A DNA stretch of 64,000 bases from NCBI GenBank assembly GCA_000002445.1, contig CM000208.1, positions 480,001 to 544,000 of the forward strand. Direction: 5' to 3'. Position 1 is the stretch's first letter, and the number at the start of each line of letters is the position of its first letter. The notes under the pieces are model-generated. The model saw only the letters and a list, made by a program, of their open reading frames with translations. It searched no databases and was not told the origin of the DNA. This DNA comes from Trypanosoma brucei (Eukaryota). Below are positions 50,884 through 62,010 of the stretch, in pieces. The position numbers and the translations under genes were made by a program.

Positions 50884-52725
50884 ATGCGGAGAGCCTTGTG
50901 GCTCACTGCAGGGGCTATTAATCGGTGGACGAGAGAAGATAATATTCTCCTTTTGGGGCATCGGGGATCTCACACGGAAGCAACTGTGCAGCTGCCGACG
51001 TTGTCACCGCTTGCCCGTGTAATAGGATGCATGGAGAGGAAAGACTTCGATGGGGTAGTGCGGTTCTACGAATCAGCTTTCCGGGAGGGTAATGTTACAC
51101 TGTGGGAGTTTGCAGGGGGCATTGTTCACGCGAGGGACATGGCACTCTGTCTCATGCGAACCTTTACTGAGTTGGGTCGCATGGATCGCGTTCGTGAAGT
51201 GTTCATGCTGGGACTCAGAGATCTACGGCCCGTCCATACTGTGGTGTCGTCCTCAATAACAGGGGCGAGGGAAGCATCGACAAGCCTTTCCTGTGGGAAA
51301 ACTGTGCCTTTTTCACTTGTCAATGCAAATTTCTTCAATGCGTATTTGGAGGTGCTCACAAAACGCAAAAATTTCTCCAGTGATGAGGTTGCATTTGTGT
51401 TGAAGGAGATGAAAGCAGCGGATGTGTCCCCCGATGCCCTAACGTACCACTACCTCGTTGAATTGCACATTCGAATGGGTGTTGATCCCACAGGATTGTG
51501 GAATGACATGCGGCAGGACTTTACGGTTCGGCCCCTTCCTTGCACTGTTCATACACTCCTCCTGCATGTAGTTCCTTCGGTAGCAGATCCCTCCTTTGTT
51601 GTGGATGTAACTCGTGAAGCCCTTCGGCATGGGAGTAGTGTGATGGATAAGCGGCTGATTTCAGAGATGATGGAACAATGGCTGCACAACGCGCAAGATT
51701 ATCCACCAGAGTATGTACTGTGGCTCATGTTTGAGCTGGAGCTTCGCTGTGTTGTTGACAAAGCGTCGTTTGTGCAGTTTGTGCAGAAGCGGCACGTAGC
51801 AGAGCTGCTTCAACGGTGTGCCAAGTGTGCGGATGCAGACACGGCCGGGAAAGTGCTTGCAATGATGGACCGCCATGTCATGACGAAGACGGCGGATATT
51901 CTCAGCCTTGTGGTGTGGTGTTGGGCTCAAGCACAGGAATTGGAGAAGGCATTCGACTTGTTGGAACTGATGGCACGTAAGGGACACCTTGAACTAACAG
52001 ATCCTTTTAGGAAATACACAGTCGATTGCCTCCGACAGGCGATGGACCGCCACTTTATGATTGCACTGGCGGATGCCGTAAGCTCTGTTTCCCTTCTCGA
52101 CAGAGTCATTTCACATTTGCGTTGTCGGCGGCAACGGGGGCAGACTGTTTCTGTTCATTCACTCGACCTTCTAGTACTTGCTGCGTCCAAACTGGGCGAG
52201 GAGCGGCGTGCTATGGCGCTTGTGGGAAGCTACGTGGCCGAATGGGGGGTGCAGCAGCGTACGAATACGTACAACTGTCTACTTGTTGGACTTGCCTCCC
52301 GACGCGGTGCGACGTTGCAGCGCACTATTTATGATGCAATGCAAGGGAACGGTGTTACCCCCAACGCATTTACATTCCGTATTCTTATCCGGCAGGCAGT
52401 ACTTGCTGACAGCATCGATGAGGCTATTGAGTTCCTGCAAAAAGTCACTTCTCACACCGGTTTAAGGGTTGAGGTGGAAATGATACTACCGATACTAGAG
52501 CGAGCTGCCCGTGCCGGAGATGCAGAAACTGTTAACCGTATTAGTAAGTTTGCACTTGACTGCGATATTGGCATCGATAGTGTCGTGCTCAACAATGTTG
52601 TGAAGTTGCTGACAGATGCTGGTCAGGATGTGGAGGTAATAAAGGGACACCAGCCACTGCATGAGGCTCTGCGGTCTCGTTCGAAGGCTGGGAGGCAGCG
52701 AGCCCGAAATGACATCGTCATTTGA
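50884..52725 (+). CDS. Pentatricopeptide-repeat (PPR)-like protein, probably mitochondrial
   Basis: 613 aa. PPR-like helical pairs: FNAYLEVLTKRKNFSSDEVAFVLKEMKAADVSPDALTYHYLVELHIRMG and NTYNCLLVGLASRRGATLQRTIYDAMQGNGVTPNAFTFRILIRQA. Basic N-terminus. Confidence 0.5.
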   Translation: MRRALWLTAGAINRWTREDNILLLGHRGSHTEATVQLPTLSPLARVIGCMERKDFDGVVRFYESAFREGNVTLWEFAGGIVHARDMALCLMRTFTELGRMDRVREVFMLGLRDLRPVHTVVSSSITGAREASTSLSCGKTVPFSLVNANFFNAYLEVLTKRKNFSSDEVAFVLKEMKAADVSPDALTYHYLVELHIRMGVDPTGLWNDMRQDFTVRPLPCTVHTLLLHVVPSVADPSFVVDVTREALRHGSSVMDKRLISEMMEQWLHNAQDYPPEYVLWLMFELELRCVVDKASFVQFVQKRHVAELLQRCAKCADADTAGKVLAMMDRHVMTKTADILSLVVWCWAQAQELEKAFDLLELMARKGHLELTDPFRKYTVDCLRQAMDRHFMIALADAVSSVSLLDRVISHLRCRRQRGQTVSVHSLDLLVLAASKLGEERRAMALVGSYVAEWGVQQRTNTYNCLLVGLASRRGATLQRTIYDAMQGNGVTPNAFTFRILIRQAVLADSIDEAIEFLQKVTSHTGLRVEVEMILPILERAARAGDAETVNRISKFALDCDIGIDSVVLNNVVKLLTDAGQDVEVIKGHQPLHEALRSRSKAGRQRARNDIVI

Positions 52726-53368
52726 TGTTGTAAGCGACAATGTCTTCAAGGTTTAGTGCATGTCCGACACTTGTGCTTCATCCACACGGGTGCTCTTTTT
52801 TTACTCCACTGACGTCGTATTCCAAGATTTCCGTTGTTCACCCAAATGATTTCACAGTCGTGTGCTCTTACGTGATACAGCTCAAACGCATATATATGTG
52901 TGTATATGTCCGCGTGAAGAGTGTTGTGCTGTATTCGCTGTGTGTTGGAAGACTTGGGGCGCAACTTCAGGGGTATCCACCCCAGTTTCCACCCCGCAGT
53001 TTTGACCTCCCACGACTTTCAGCTTCCCATAGTCACTGGCGTACGCATTTGTGCGCTCCCATGTTCTAACGTTTGCTATCATTCGGTGTTTGAGTGGAGG
53101 TCGCCGTCTTTTGATTTTGGGCACTTTTTGATGGCTGTAGCGTCAACAATCTCCCATCTGCCGACATATTTCTCACTTCCCTTCTCTTTTGTTTGCCAGC
53201 GGGTTATAAACAAGGTGTCGATAAGGAGAATTCGAGAAGGAAGGGAGTTGCAAGCACCGAATTGTATATTGGAGCTTGGTTAATCCTACTTGGCCGCCGG
53301 ACCCCGCAGCACTGTAAGGCTGGCATCCACAGTATACATATAGGGGTGCTTTTCCACTCACCACCGCG

Positions 53369-55990
53369 ATGCGGGCTAACGACATTGTGAAGGGTAGATA
53401 TTCCACATATCAGTTACAGGACCTTATTGGTAAGGGTGGTAATGCTGTTGTGTACAGCGCCGTCGACCGCAACACCGGGCTCATGGTTGCTGTCAAGAAA
53501 ATGGAGGTTCATGATGATGCAGCTATGGCTACGTGCCGGAATGAAGTGGCCATACTTAGCCACTTGAAGCATCCTTATGTCATCCGCTACATTGATCATG
53601 CACACTCTGGCAAGTCTTTTCTCATTGTTACCGAATTTGCGCTTGAACGTTCCCTATTGCAGAGACTGAAGCGTCACGGCCGGTGTGGTGAGCTGGAGGT
53701 GGCCCGTTTCATGTTTCAGATAACTTCTGCGTTGGCTTACTTGCACAAAGAGAAGATCGTGCACCGTGATATAAAATGCGCCAACGTACTCTTGGGTGCA
53801 GCTGAAGTTGTTAAGTTATCGGATTTTGGTTTGGCTGTGAACCTTGGTGCCGTACACGGAGACACAAATGATGAAGAGGATGGCTTGCTGTCAAGCAGCG
53901 CAGTGTGTGATGGGGATGGTAAATCTGTCGCAGAAGAAGGTATAGTGGGTTCTGTGTATTGGATGGCTCCCGAAGCTGTGCGGGGTGAGCCACCTGCAGA
54001 GAGTTGCGACATTTGGTCGCTTGGGTGCCTTTGCATTGAACTATTGACAGGTAACCCACCCTTCTTTGATCGTAAACCTGCCAACGCATTGTATTGTATA
54101 AGCGAAACGGATGAAACACCAATACCTACCATGGATGTGTCGGAGGAGTGCCGCAATTTCTTGACACAGTGTCTTGACAGGGACGCGTCTAAGCGGCCGA
54201 CCGCAGCGGCGTTGTTGAAGCACGGATGGTTTGGTGGCTTCCTTGCGGAGAACATTGTAAAAACACTCGCAGACACTCAGGTTGATGGCACTACCTCTGA
54301 CCAGGTGGCTAGTAATTCCGAAGCGATTAAGAGTTGGGTGGAGAATAACCTCTTTAACGAGCGTGCGGAGCAACGTGAGGAATGGCTCAGGAGTGGGTGC
54401 CTGAAGAGAGTCGTTGCAGTACTACCGAAGGTGACACCAAAGGTTTCTTTTCACATAATTCGCACCTTTGTTTTTGCCGCACAGCGTTGTCGTACGGAGT
54501 CAAGCTGTTTTCTAACCCGGCTCGGCGAAGCCGATCTGTGGGACAGTGCGCAGCTTGGAGTTCTTGGGAAGGCCGAATCACTTGGCGCGCTTTTTGTTTG
54601 TTGCTGTGAGCGACAAGACCCACGCGTGCTGCAGTATGCTCCTACTCACCCGGGGGCACTCTGGTTCCTTTTGCAGTGTGCGGAGGTTGATGTTGCGATC
54701 ATGTGCATTGACGCTCTGCGCGCCCTGCTCGTAGGAACGGCCGGTGAGGAGGAAGAAAACCGAGCTTCCTTTTCGTCACGCCCCGAGGTTGCTTCCACAA
54801 ACGTGGAGAATATAACGTTTCGTCGCTACGTCTCTCAGAACCGTTTCGTTTCTGACCACGCCGTTTACGCTGTTCAGCGCATTATAGAGGACATATGCTA
54901 CGACGCATTCCGTGGTGACAAGGATCCCGCTGTCGGGTGGCAGAATATCGACAAACTTTTTGAAATACTTTTACAGGTGTACAGGAAGGCAGGAGACGAG
55001 AGTATTATACTAGGCCCGAGTGTGAGTGGTGCACGGCAGGACGACCCTCAAGATTCACCCAAGGGGGGCACAGGTGGTTCTGTGGCTGCCACCGCGACAG
55101 CTGCTGTTGCTGTATCGACTTCCATAGTAGGGGGAGGGGGTGGAGCAGCATCAGCTATGGGAGATCCCGCTGGAAGCGCGGCCACGGCCACAACTAGTGC
55201 GCCCTCATCAGGTGAAGCAGGCAGGAAACCCATCAATCCTCATATCCACTCCCCCTGCAGCCCCAACGCCGGTGGAGTTAACACCAGCAGCGTCGTTGTT
55301 GGCATTGCCAGTGCCTGCGGTAAAGGTGGAAAACCAGCGGAGGAGCTGTGGTTGTTAGCGTTGCAGGAGGCGAGCCGAAAACTCTGTCCGAATGCCATTG
55401 AACTTCTTATGCAGTACGTTCATCTTGCTGCTCGCAATGATCTCAAATCCCTTAACATCGGCGGTAAAGCCATTGCAGGCACGTTTCTTGTCGTTGCTTC
55501 CAACGCTTCTGTTGACACGGCCACGCGCATTACAGTGCTCAAGTGCCTCCCCGCCTTACAATGTGCATCCCCAAAGGCAGCCAACTTTATGAGAGACGTG
55601 CGATGTAGTGTTCCACTCTTAGTGCACACGGCAAAGAATATCCCGGTGCCAGCGGAGGCGCGAGACGATGAGGTGTTGAAGGTCCTTTTCGCTCTCTGCG
55701 AGGACAACAGGGTTGCTGCAGCCTTCGCCTCTTACGGTGCTTTTATTGCGATCGCAATTGACCGCGCTACGCTTGCATGTGAGCGACAGCGCTGGGCGGA
55801 AGTCACTTTAGCTGTGCGGTTTGTAGAGCTTTTGCTCGCGCACGCCACAGACACCTCGTGCATACTAGAGTCCCATGCTTTGCTGCGTTTGCTGCTGAAG
55901 CTTTCCGATGGAGACAAGTTTCCATCGATAGTAACATCTGTGGCGCAGCGATTATTAAACAGTTTGCAGGCACAGACAAATGTGGGATGA
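53369..55990 (+). CDS. Ser/Thr protein kinase with a C-terminal ARM/HEAT-repeat region
   Basis: 873 aa. The N-terminal kinase is intact (IGKGGNAVVY, VAVKKM, HRDIKCANVLL, DFGLA, WMAPE). A helical-repeat C-terminal half follows, with a Gly/Ala/Thr-rich low-complexity insert (aa 560-640). This architecture resembles MAP3K-epsilon/Cdc7-type STE kinases. Confidence 0.75.
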   Translation: MRANDIVKGRYSTYQLQDLIGKGGNAVVYSAVDRNTGLMVAVKKMEVHDDAAMATCRNEVAILSHLKHPYVIRYIDHAHSGKSFLIVTEFALERSLLQRLKRHGRCGELEVARFMFQITSALAYLHKEKIVHRDIKCANVLLGAAEVVKLSDFGLAVNLGAVHGDTNDEEDGLLSSSAVCDGDGKSVAEEGIVGSVYWMAPEAVRGEPPAESCDIWSLGCLCIELLTGNPPFFDRKPANALYCISETDETPIPTMDVSEECRNFLTQCLDRDASKRPTAAALLKHGWFGGFLAENIVKTLADTQVDGTTSDQVASNSEAIKSWVENNLFNERAEQREEWLRSGCLKRVVAVLPKVTPKVSFHIIRTFVFAAQRCRTESSCFLTRLGEADLWDSAQLGVLGKAESLGALFVCCCERQDPRVLQYAPTHPGALWFLLQCAEVDVAIMCIDALRALLVGTAGEEEENRASFSSRPEVASTNVENITFRRYVSQNRFVSDHAVYAVQRIIEDICYDAFRGDKDPAVGWQNIDKLFEILLQVYRKAGDESIILGPSVSGARQDDPQDSPKGGTGGSVAATATAAVAVSTSIVGGGGGAASAMGDPAGSAATATTSAPSSGEAGRKPINPHIHSPCSPNAGGVNTSSVVVGIASACGKGGKPAEELWLLALQEASRKLCPNAIELLMQYVHLAARNDLKSLNIGGKAIAGTFLVVASNASVDTATRITVLKCLPALQCASPKAANFMRDVRCSVPLLVHTAKNIPVPAEARDDEVLKVLFALCEDNRVAAAFASYGAFIAIAIDRATLACERQRWAEVTLAVRFVELLLAHATDTSCILESHALLRLLLKLSDGDKFPSIVTSVAQRLLNSLQAQTNVG

Positions 55991-57282
55991 GGCGGGTCAT
56001 GATCCTCATAAACTGGAGCGTTGCATCGTGGCGATGGGTAAAAACAGTACCTGTACAGCGGCACCAATTCAAAACCATCCACATCAGATGAAGCTACAGA
56101 CAGGTAGTGACCAATATGAGGTCAGGTAGATGGGCTAAAAAACAATTTGAAAGGAGTGACACACGTGTCGGTGTGCGTTTGTGTGAAAGAGGACGATCGC
56201 GCCCCCTTTCGATGTCGTCTTTTTTTTTTTTTTGACTTTCTGTGCTTCGCCAGTTTTGTTGTTTTCATAATCACTCTTTTTTGATGTCTCCTCGCGTTTG
56301 CACCAGCAACTACGGCCTCTGGGAACGTGGTTTGGAGGAAAGTAGTCATGCTGGCTCCGGTTACAATAAAAATAGAAGAAAGCAGTAAGTGAACGAGGGT
56401 GAAATCCCTGGTTGCGCACACCACTGAATGTGAAGGGGAAGCTGGGTAATCCCTCAGAGGGATGTTGCTCTGTATGAGTTTGTTCACGCCTGTTCATTAC
56501 TAATTATTTTTATTTATGATGTTAGACGGATCGGTTTTAATATATGACGAGCGGTTTCGGCAGCCCTGTAGGCGGCGACCGCACATGTGTAAGATTTGTG
56601 GTTTGGCCAACCCTCCAGTTACATGCATTAACGTACACGTATGCAACATTTATACAAGCTTTCATACGTCTTGACCGATTGTCCACACATCCAGGCTACA
56701 CTTGCCCACTTTGTAGTTGTGAATGGCCACTGATGAGTGCAAAACTCATCGCTTGTAGGTGGTCACGTGCACTTTTTCCCCTTGTCGATATCCGTGAGGT
56801 CCCTCCACCCACCCATCCACACCTCTGCAGAGCTCCATCTAAACCCTTACTCGACTCCTATGTTTTGTACATCTTTCTATGCGTGTTTTTTTTTCTTAAC
56901 CTTCCTTCTTATTGCTGCCTATCACGCTTCCCCGCATCCTCGACAAAATGAGGGGAAGGGGCAACGCGGCGATAGGCTTTCCTTAGTGCCATAGACACAA
57001 ACAACCCCGCATATATACATTAGTTGGTCGGCAGGGTCCCGGTGAACCGCCAGGGGAAAGTTAAAAAGAAGTGGTCTTCGCTGCCCGTATTACCGTGCGC
57101 TCTTCATGTTCCGAGGTAGTGGGGCGCGTAAGTGTTGCTCCTCTTCCTTTCTTTATCGCACCGCCCCCACTTCGGCGGCCACTGGCACTTCCCCACCTTC
57201 GCTGGTGACGGTCCCCCTGCTACGTGCCGCTCTGCTTCTTCGGTGGCGTTTGCTTTCGCTGCAGTTCGATGGAGACTCAAAT

Positions 57283-58344
57283 ATGTGTGTTCTCGCAGAA
57301 GACGCCGCCGATGGTCTTCCACGTGGAACACGGCTTGAAATGTACGGTTCAAATGTTCAACTTGTCCGACAGCTCAGCGGTGCTGGCGAAGCATTGCTTC
57401 AACCTTCCGTCATCGGTGAAGTCACCGCAACCCTGGAGGGTGCGCTTACTGACGATACAACGGAAAGGCGAGGGAGGCAGATTGTTGCTGTGTTATCCCC
57501 ACCACACCTCTCGTCATCGCTAGGGGGGCCCGAATTTAAAGGAAATGAAGATGTTGAGGTAATTGCACAGTGGACTCTATCGCGGAAGCGTGTTGAGAAT
57601 GTGCAAAGAGTAACAGACACGACCAAAAGAGACGGGGTCAAAAATGAGGAGCCACCGCCGCTGATGGAGAACGGCATTGTGTTTCCCTCTCCACGTTTTG
57701 CAGGCCTTAGGGTCCTGCGTGCCGCACGGCACTCGTTCGCGCTTTTGCTTGAGAATGAACTGCGGGAGAGGACGGGGGAAAGTGAAGTAGGGAAGGTAGG
57801 ACCACTCGCTGTTCTTGATGTTAGCGAGTTGGATTGCACTTTTAGTCGGGTTGCGGTGCAGATGGCTGTGGAGCGCGGCCTTGTTCTGGAGCAACACATG
57901 CATGTTAATTTTGTTCCTCTCACACCTGCTGCCACTGCTACTGCTGATGAAACTGTCCGAAGTCTTCTCCGCCTTGTGGCGCACCCCACACGCGGCGCTC
58001 ATTTAGATCCACTTCGCCCGCTACAAGCGCGCTGTTTCAAACTCGGATGTTGCACTTTTTGTAGTAAAGGTCGTGGTAGTGCTGCCAACGAAGGCTCGAA
58101 GAAGGATGAAGCCTCTCTGGTTTCGCGGTTGGCGGGTGTGATTTCAAAGATTCACAGCAATGGGACCCTGCTCGTGAACCTTGTTGGCGATGGCATCAAC
58201 CATGAGGAGTTGCGACAAGGTGCAGAAATGCATCTTGTGGAGGCGCTTCTGCGCGCTGACAGGTGTGGTGTGGTAATAGACGAGGTGTTACCAGCGGCCG
58301 ATACACGCGGTACGGCCATATCTTTCGTTGTCTCACTTTGTTGA
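57283..58344 (+). CDS. Hypothetical protein
   Basis: The ORF track gives 57106..58344. The first 59 codons translate a polypyrimidine tract (57130-57260), so ATG 57283 is the more likely start. No recognisable domain. Confidence 0.35.
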   Translation: MCVLAEDAADGLPRGTRLEMYGSNVQLVRQLSGAGEALLQPSVIGEVTATLEGALTDDTTERRGRQIVAVLSPPHLSSSLGGPEFKGNEDVEVIAQWTLSRKRVENVQRVTDTTKRDGVKNEEPPPLMENGIVFPSPRFAGLRVLRAARHSFALLLENELRERTGESEVGKVGPLAVLDVSELDCTFSRVAVQMAVERGLVLEQHMHVNFVPLTPAATATADETVRSLLRLVAHPTRGAHLDPLRPLQARCFKLGCCTFCSKGRGSAANEGSKKDEASLVSRLAGVISKIHSNGTLLVNLVGDGINHEELRQGAEMHLVEALLRADRCGVVIDEVLPAADTRGTAISFVVSLC

Positions 58345-58483
58345 AGCAATTCCTCGGCAAGAGATGCGTCCTTCCTGTCTTATTTCATTTCGTGCCCGGG
58401 GGAAACCGGTGTCTCTGTCACATATTCGGTTGGTTTCAGTGTTCTCTGCAGACGCCAATCCCTCTCTCGTATTTATTGCATGA

Positions 58484-58500
58484 TATATATATATATATAT
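58484..58500. repeat. (AT)8 microsatellite
   Basis: Direct read, in the spacer upstream of the NXF-like gene. Confidence 0.85.
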
Positions 58501-58768
58501 CCTATGCGTTTATACTATCGTCGACAGTTCAAGACTCATTACCCTAGCCCTTCATCTATTGTGTGCACAAGCGCGCATTTACATGTATCTAACATTTTGC
58601 CGTCGATCAACCTCGTTCCCCCTTCCCCTCGTGGATTATTTCAAAACAAGCGTAGTAAGTATACCCGCACCCCCAAATACAGTTACCTCTGTTTGATCCC
58701 GTGTCAACCAACGGAAGGAAGGGAAGAAAGGCGGAGAAACAGGGTACGAGGGTAAGAAGTAGTACATC

Positions 58769-61675
58769 GTGGCCATGTTGTCGAACACGGGAGGTTACTC
58801 ACGGCATTCCCATGTTCTTGGGTTTCGTAAGGATGCCGCGACATTGCAGTGTGCTCTGTGCCCCGCTCTGCGTGCAAAGGGTCGGTGTAAAGCTTACCAG
58901 TTGGAAACGAGGCTTCGAGCGGAATTAGCGGCTCAGAAAGAACGGGAATTGCGTACGACGGCCATGCAGTTGTACTCATTGCAAGAGGAGATACTTCAAA
59001 GGGGGAGGGAGCAAGGCGTGGACACTTCTGAGGGTGATAAACAAGCGGTTGTGGAAAAAATTGTGGGGGAGTTAAAGAAGGAACAATCATACGTGAGGTG
59101 GAATCTCGATGTTGAGGTCGTTGAGCGCATGACGTTGTTGCGCACCAGGCCCTGTAGGTACTCCCATCAGCGGGATCTCCTCACTGTCCTGAAGCCACGG
59201 AAAGGTACGGCAAAGCTTGGAAGCAAACATATGGAGAAGGCCCAAGGGGAACTTGGCGCAGCGGCCTCCGGTGGGGCGGAGAATCGGCTTTCGGAGGAAC
59301 ATAGACGAATCTTTGAAGGACTTTCACCATTACAGAAGTGTGTCGTTTGCTTACTATGGCAGCGTACCTTTGAGATACCTCAGAAGGTAGTTTGTGATGT
59401 GCGGCGCCAGGTGGAGGTCGAAAGGGGGTACGACTCTGATGACCAAGAAGATGCTGCTGTTGTGGATGCTGCGATTGAGGAAGAGGAGCGGCGTGTTGTG
59501 ACCGTCACAACGTGTCGTTTATCAATCGGTTCCGTTGACCTGTCATCACTCCCATCGGTTGCCGCATACATAGCTCGGCATCCCAACGAGCCTATCATCC
59601 GTACTGAGACTTGGGAGCATTTTACGGTGTGGGATGCGAAGAGCAAATCCAGGCGGTCTGCCTTACTACCATCCAGTTTGACAGAAAAACAGGTGGATCT
59701 CAGCACAGCCGCTTGTGCGCACGAGGTGATGGGGGCTGTTGTGTGGGCGCTACGCACTATGGATGAAGAGAGGAGGCTTCAAAGCGATCCCAATGAACGA
59801 AGGCAGGAACGTTCGAGACAACAGCGCCACACTCAGGGGAAATCGGCAGCTGTAGTTCTTCGAACTTTAACGTTACGTCGATGCTCCATTACAGCAGCAG
59901 ATGCTCTCGTTGCTGCTCTTCGCAAGTACAAGTTGGATACCACGCTTCTCGCACTCGACGTGAGCGACAATAGGCTGATGTGTCTCCGTTTCCTCTTTGC
60001 GCTGCGTGCACACTTTGCAGAACGGTTGCTTCGACTTTCGCTAGCGAATAACCCAATCACCCGCAAACCAGATTACCGAGAACAAGTTCGCAAGTCACTG
60101 CCTAAACTTACGAGCCTTGACGGTGTCGCAATACGGCGCCCGCCGCTGCGGTTTCCACATCCGTCGCTACTCTCGTATACTTTAGCAGGCGGAGCTGCCA
60201 CTGCTTCCGCAACCTCCACCACTGTGCGACCAAAAGAGCACAGTACGATGAGTGACACTGAATTAGAGCAAGTGATGGATGCAGTCTCACGGTTCTTCTA
60301 CATATGGGAAACACGCCGTGTTCCGTGGACAGCCGCGGAACTGCGACACATCAGAGATCAGGGAGGGACCCGATGCCGTGGGAGAAACAAGGTGTCAAAG
60401 AGGCGCCGTGGAGAAGGCACTGGGCTAGCTATTACTTCTTTGGAAGACGGTGAGGAGGAGCCGTGTGTTCCGCCCGAAGAAGACCTCGACGATGACAATT
60501 TTCACCACCGTTATTTGCACCCTTATGCTACGTTCTCGTTGAGCGTTCACGAAGGTCTTTCATTTTTCGCATCAGATATCATGCGAGTAGATGCAGAGGT
60601 GGAGATGGATAAAAACTACACTGGGATGCGCCTCTCATCACTCGACGCTTCTGAGCTTCGGGTATTCGACGTGTCAATGAAGAACAGTAGTCGCAATTTA
60701 CTTTTAGGGCGTTCCGTGTTGCATCGTCACGCTCGGGGATCGCTTAGCTGTTACACGGCGTATAAGTGTACTTTGTATCCGCCCTCGTTGTCTGTGTGCC
60801 ATCACTTCCCCGCTGCTGTTGTCTCAGCGTCGAAAATTATCTGTGCGGCTGTGAATGCAGAGCCACGTAAGCAACAGCGTCAAGAAAAGCAGAATTCTCA
60901 TCGGAAGCAATCAAAGGGAGACACTGGTAATGCACACGAAAGCAAAACAGGCGCTACCGTGTTTTTTCCCAACCGCACCCGTAAGCCGACGTTTTATACC
61001 GTAACGATACACGGTTTGATGACCTGGCGAGCTCCCAGCATGAAGCGGTGTGAATGTGTTCGTGCTGCGTATGACCGTGTTATGACACTCGTGGAGAACA
61101 CAGTGTATGGGGAGGACACCGTTGAGGGTCGGCGGAGCGCGCCACTGTTGATTTTCAACGACCAACTGCATCTTCGCCCAGCAGGGAGATGTGATGACGC
61201 GACTACGGTTTGTCATGTGACGCCAACGCTTGAGTATGTGACACGGCTTGTGGTGGAGTTCGGGTTAGAAGCGTGTGTGGATGGGGCGAGGCTTGTGCGG
61301 GCGGTGGCGGAGCGGTCGACAAGCGACGCCTCGACACACGCCGCGTTGACAGTGTTAGTATTTGGATCTGTGGAGTCATGTGAGAGCAAAGGGGAAGAGG
61401 TGGGATCACCAAATGTGAGTGCTTCTGGTACTGTTCATAGTACTGCTGTTGATCACGATGATCCCACTAATGGCGTCGAGCAAACTCTTCCCCACTTTGA
61501 TATCTATTCAGTGCTTACCTCAGAGAATTGGACAGTAGCGGACAATGGTTGTGCAGTTGTTGAATGCCCACCACATAGGGTGACGCTTGCGGATGTGGAT
61601 GCGGCGGTGGCAGCAAGTAACAGCCGCTACACGTTTTCGTTCAGCGTGGAAAAGGGAGAGTTGGGCGGAACGTGA
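58769..61675 (+). CDS. NXF/Mex67-family nuclear RNA export factor-like protein (LRR + NTF2-like)
   Basis: 968 aa. The central segment ALDVSDNRLMCLRFLFALRAHFAERLLRLSLANNPITRKPDYREQVRKSLPKLTSLDGVAIRRPPLRF matches the TAP/NXF1 LRR domain (NLSNNRL...[25 protein letters not shown]). An NTF2-like region follows (ELEQVMDAVSRFFYIWETRR). Long, divergent N- and C-terminal extensions. Confidence 0.55.
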   Translation: MAMLSNTGGYSRHSHVLGFRKDAATLQCALCPALRAKGRCKAYQLETRLRAELAAQKERELRTTAMQLYSLQEEILQRGREQGVDTSEGDKQAVVEKIVGELKKEQSYVRWNLDVEVVERMTLLRTRPCRYSHQRDLLTVLKPRKGTAKLGSKHMEKAQGELGAAASGGAENRLSEEHRRIFEGLSPLQKCVVCLLWQRTFEIPQKVVCDVRRQVEVERGYDSDDQEDAAVVDAAIEEEERRVVTVTTCRLSIGSVDLSSLPSVAAYIARHPNEPIIRTETWEHFTVWDAKSKSRRSALLPSSLTEKQVDLSTAACAHEVMGAVVWALRTMDEERRLQSDPNERRQERSRQQRHTQGKSAAVVLRTLTLRRCSITAADALVAALRKYKLDTTLLALDVSDNRLMCLRFLFALRAHFAERLLRLSLANNPITRKPDYREQVRKSLPKLTSLDGVAIRRPPLRFPHPSLLSYTLAGGAATASATSTTVRPKEHSTMSDTELEQVMDAVSRFFYIWETRRVPWTAAELRHIRDQGGTRCRGRNKVSKRRRGEGTGLAITSLEDGEEEPCVPPEEDLDDDNFHHRYLHPYATFSLSVHEGLSFFASDIMRVDAEVEMDKNYTGMRLSSLDASELRVFDVSMKNSSRNLLLGRSVLHRHARGSLSCYTAYKCTLYPPSLSVCHHFPAAVVSASKIICAAVNAEPRKQQRQEKQNSHRKQSKGDTGNAHESKTGATVFFPNRTRKPTFYTVTIHGLMTWRAPSMKRCECVRAAYDRVMTLVENTVYGEDTVEGRRSAPLLIFNDQLHLRPAGRCDDATTVCHVTPTLEYVTRLVVEFGLEACVDGARLVRAVAERSTSDASTHAALTVLVFGSVESCESKGEEVGSPNVSASGTVHSTAVDHDDPTNGVEQTLPHFDIYSVLTSENWTVADNGCAVVECPPHRVTLADVDAAVAASNSRYTFSFSVEKGELGGT

Positions 61676-62010
61676 ATTGATGCGTCGACTGGTAGCTAGA
61701 ATCTTCCATAAGCGAAACAAACTGTGTTAAGTGACCTCTTTTGGCTTGATTCAGTGAACGTAGGAGCGCTGAACGTGGAAGGGAGGCGCTGGTGCAGCTA
61801 CCTTTATTCTCCAATATAAATTGTTACCGAGTAATAAACTTTTTTTTGTATGTCGCAAAGGACATGTCTAATTAGGTGTGCACTTCACTTCTTACATTGT
61901 ACAATCGCTTACGATAACAGTGGTTTGAAAAATATTTTCTTCCTTTATTTTTTTCACTGTTGACACCTTTTTTTATGTTGTTACAATGCTATTAGAGCCA
62001 GCGGGGGCAC

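Noticed and set aside
55080-55330. Possible embedded repeat or low-complexity gene within the kinase-ARM CDS (Gly/Ala/Thr-rich tract)
   Set aside because: It is in-frame and continuous with the flanking coding sequence. It is treated as a low-complexity insert of the protein and not as a separate element.
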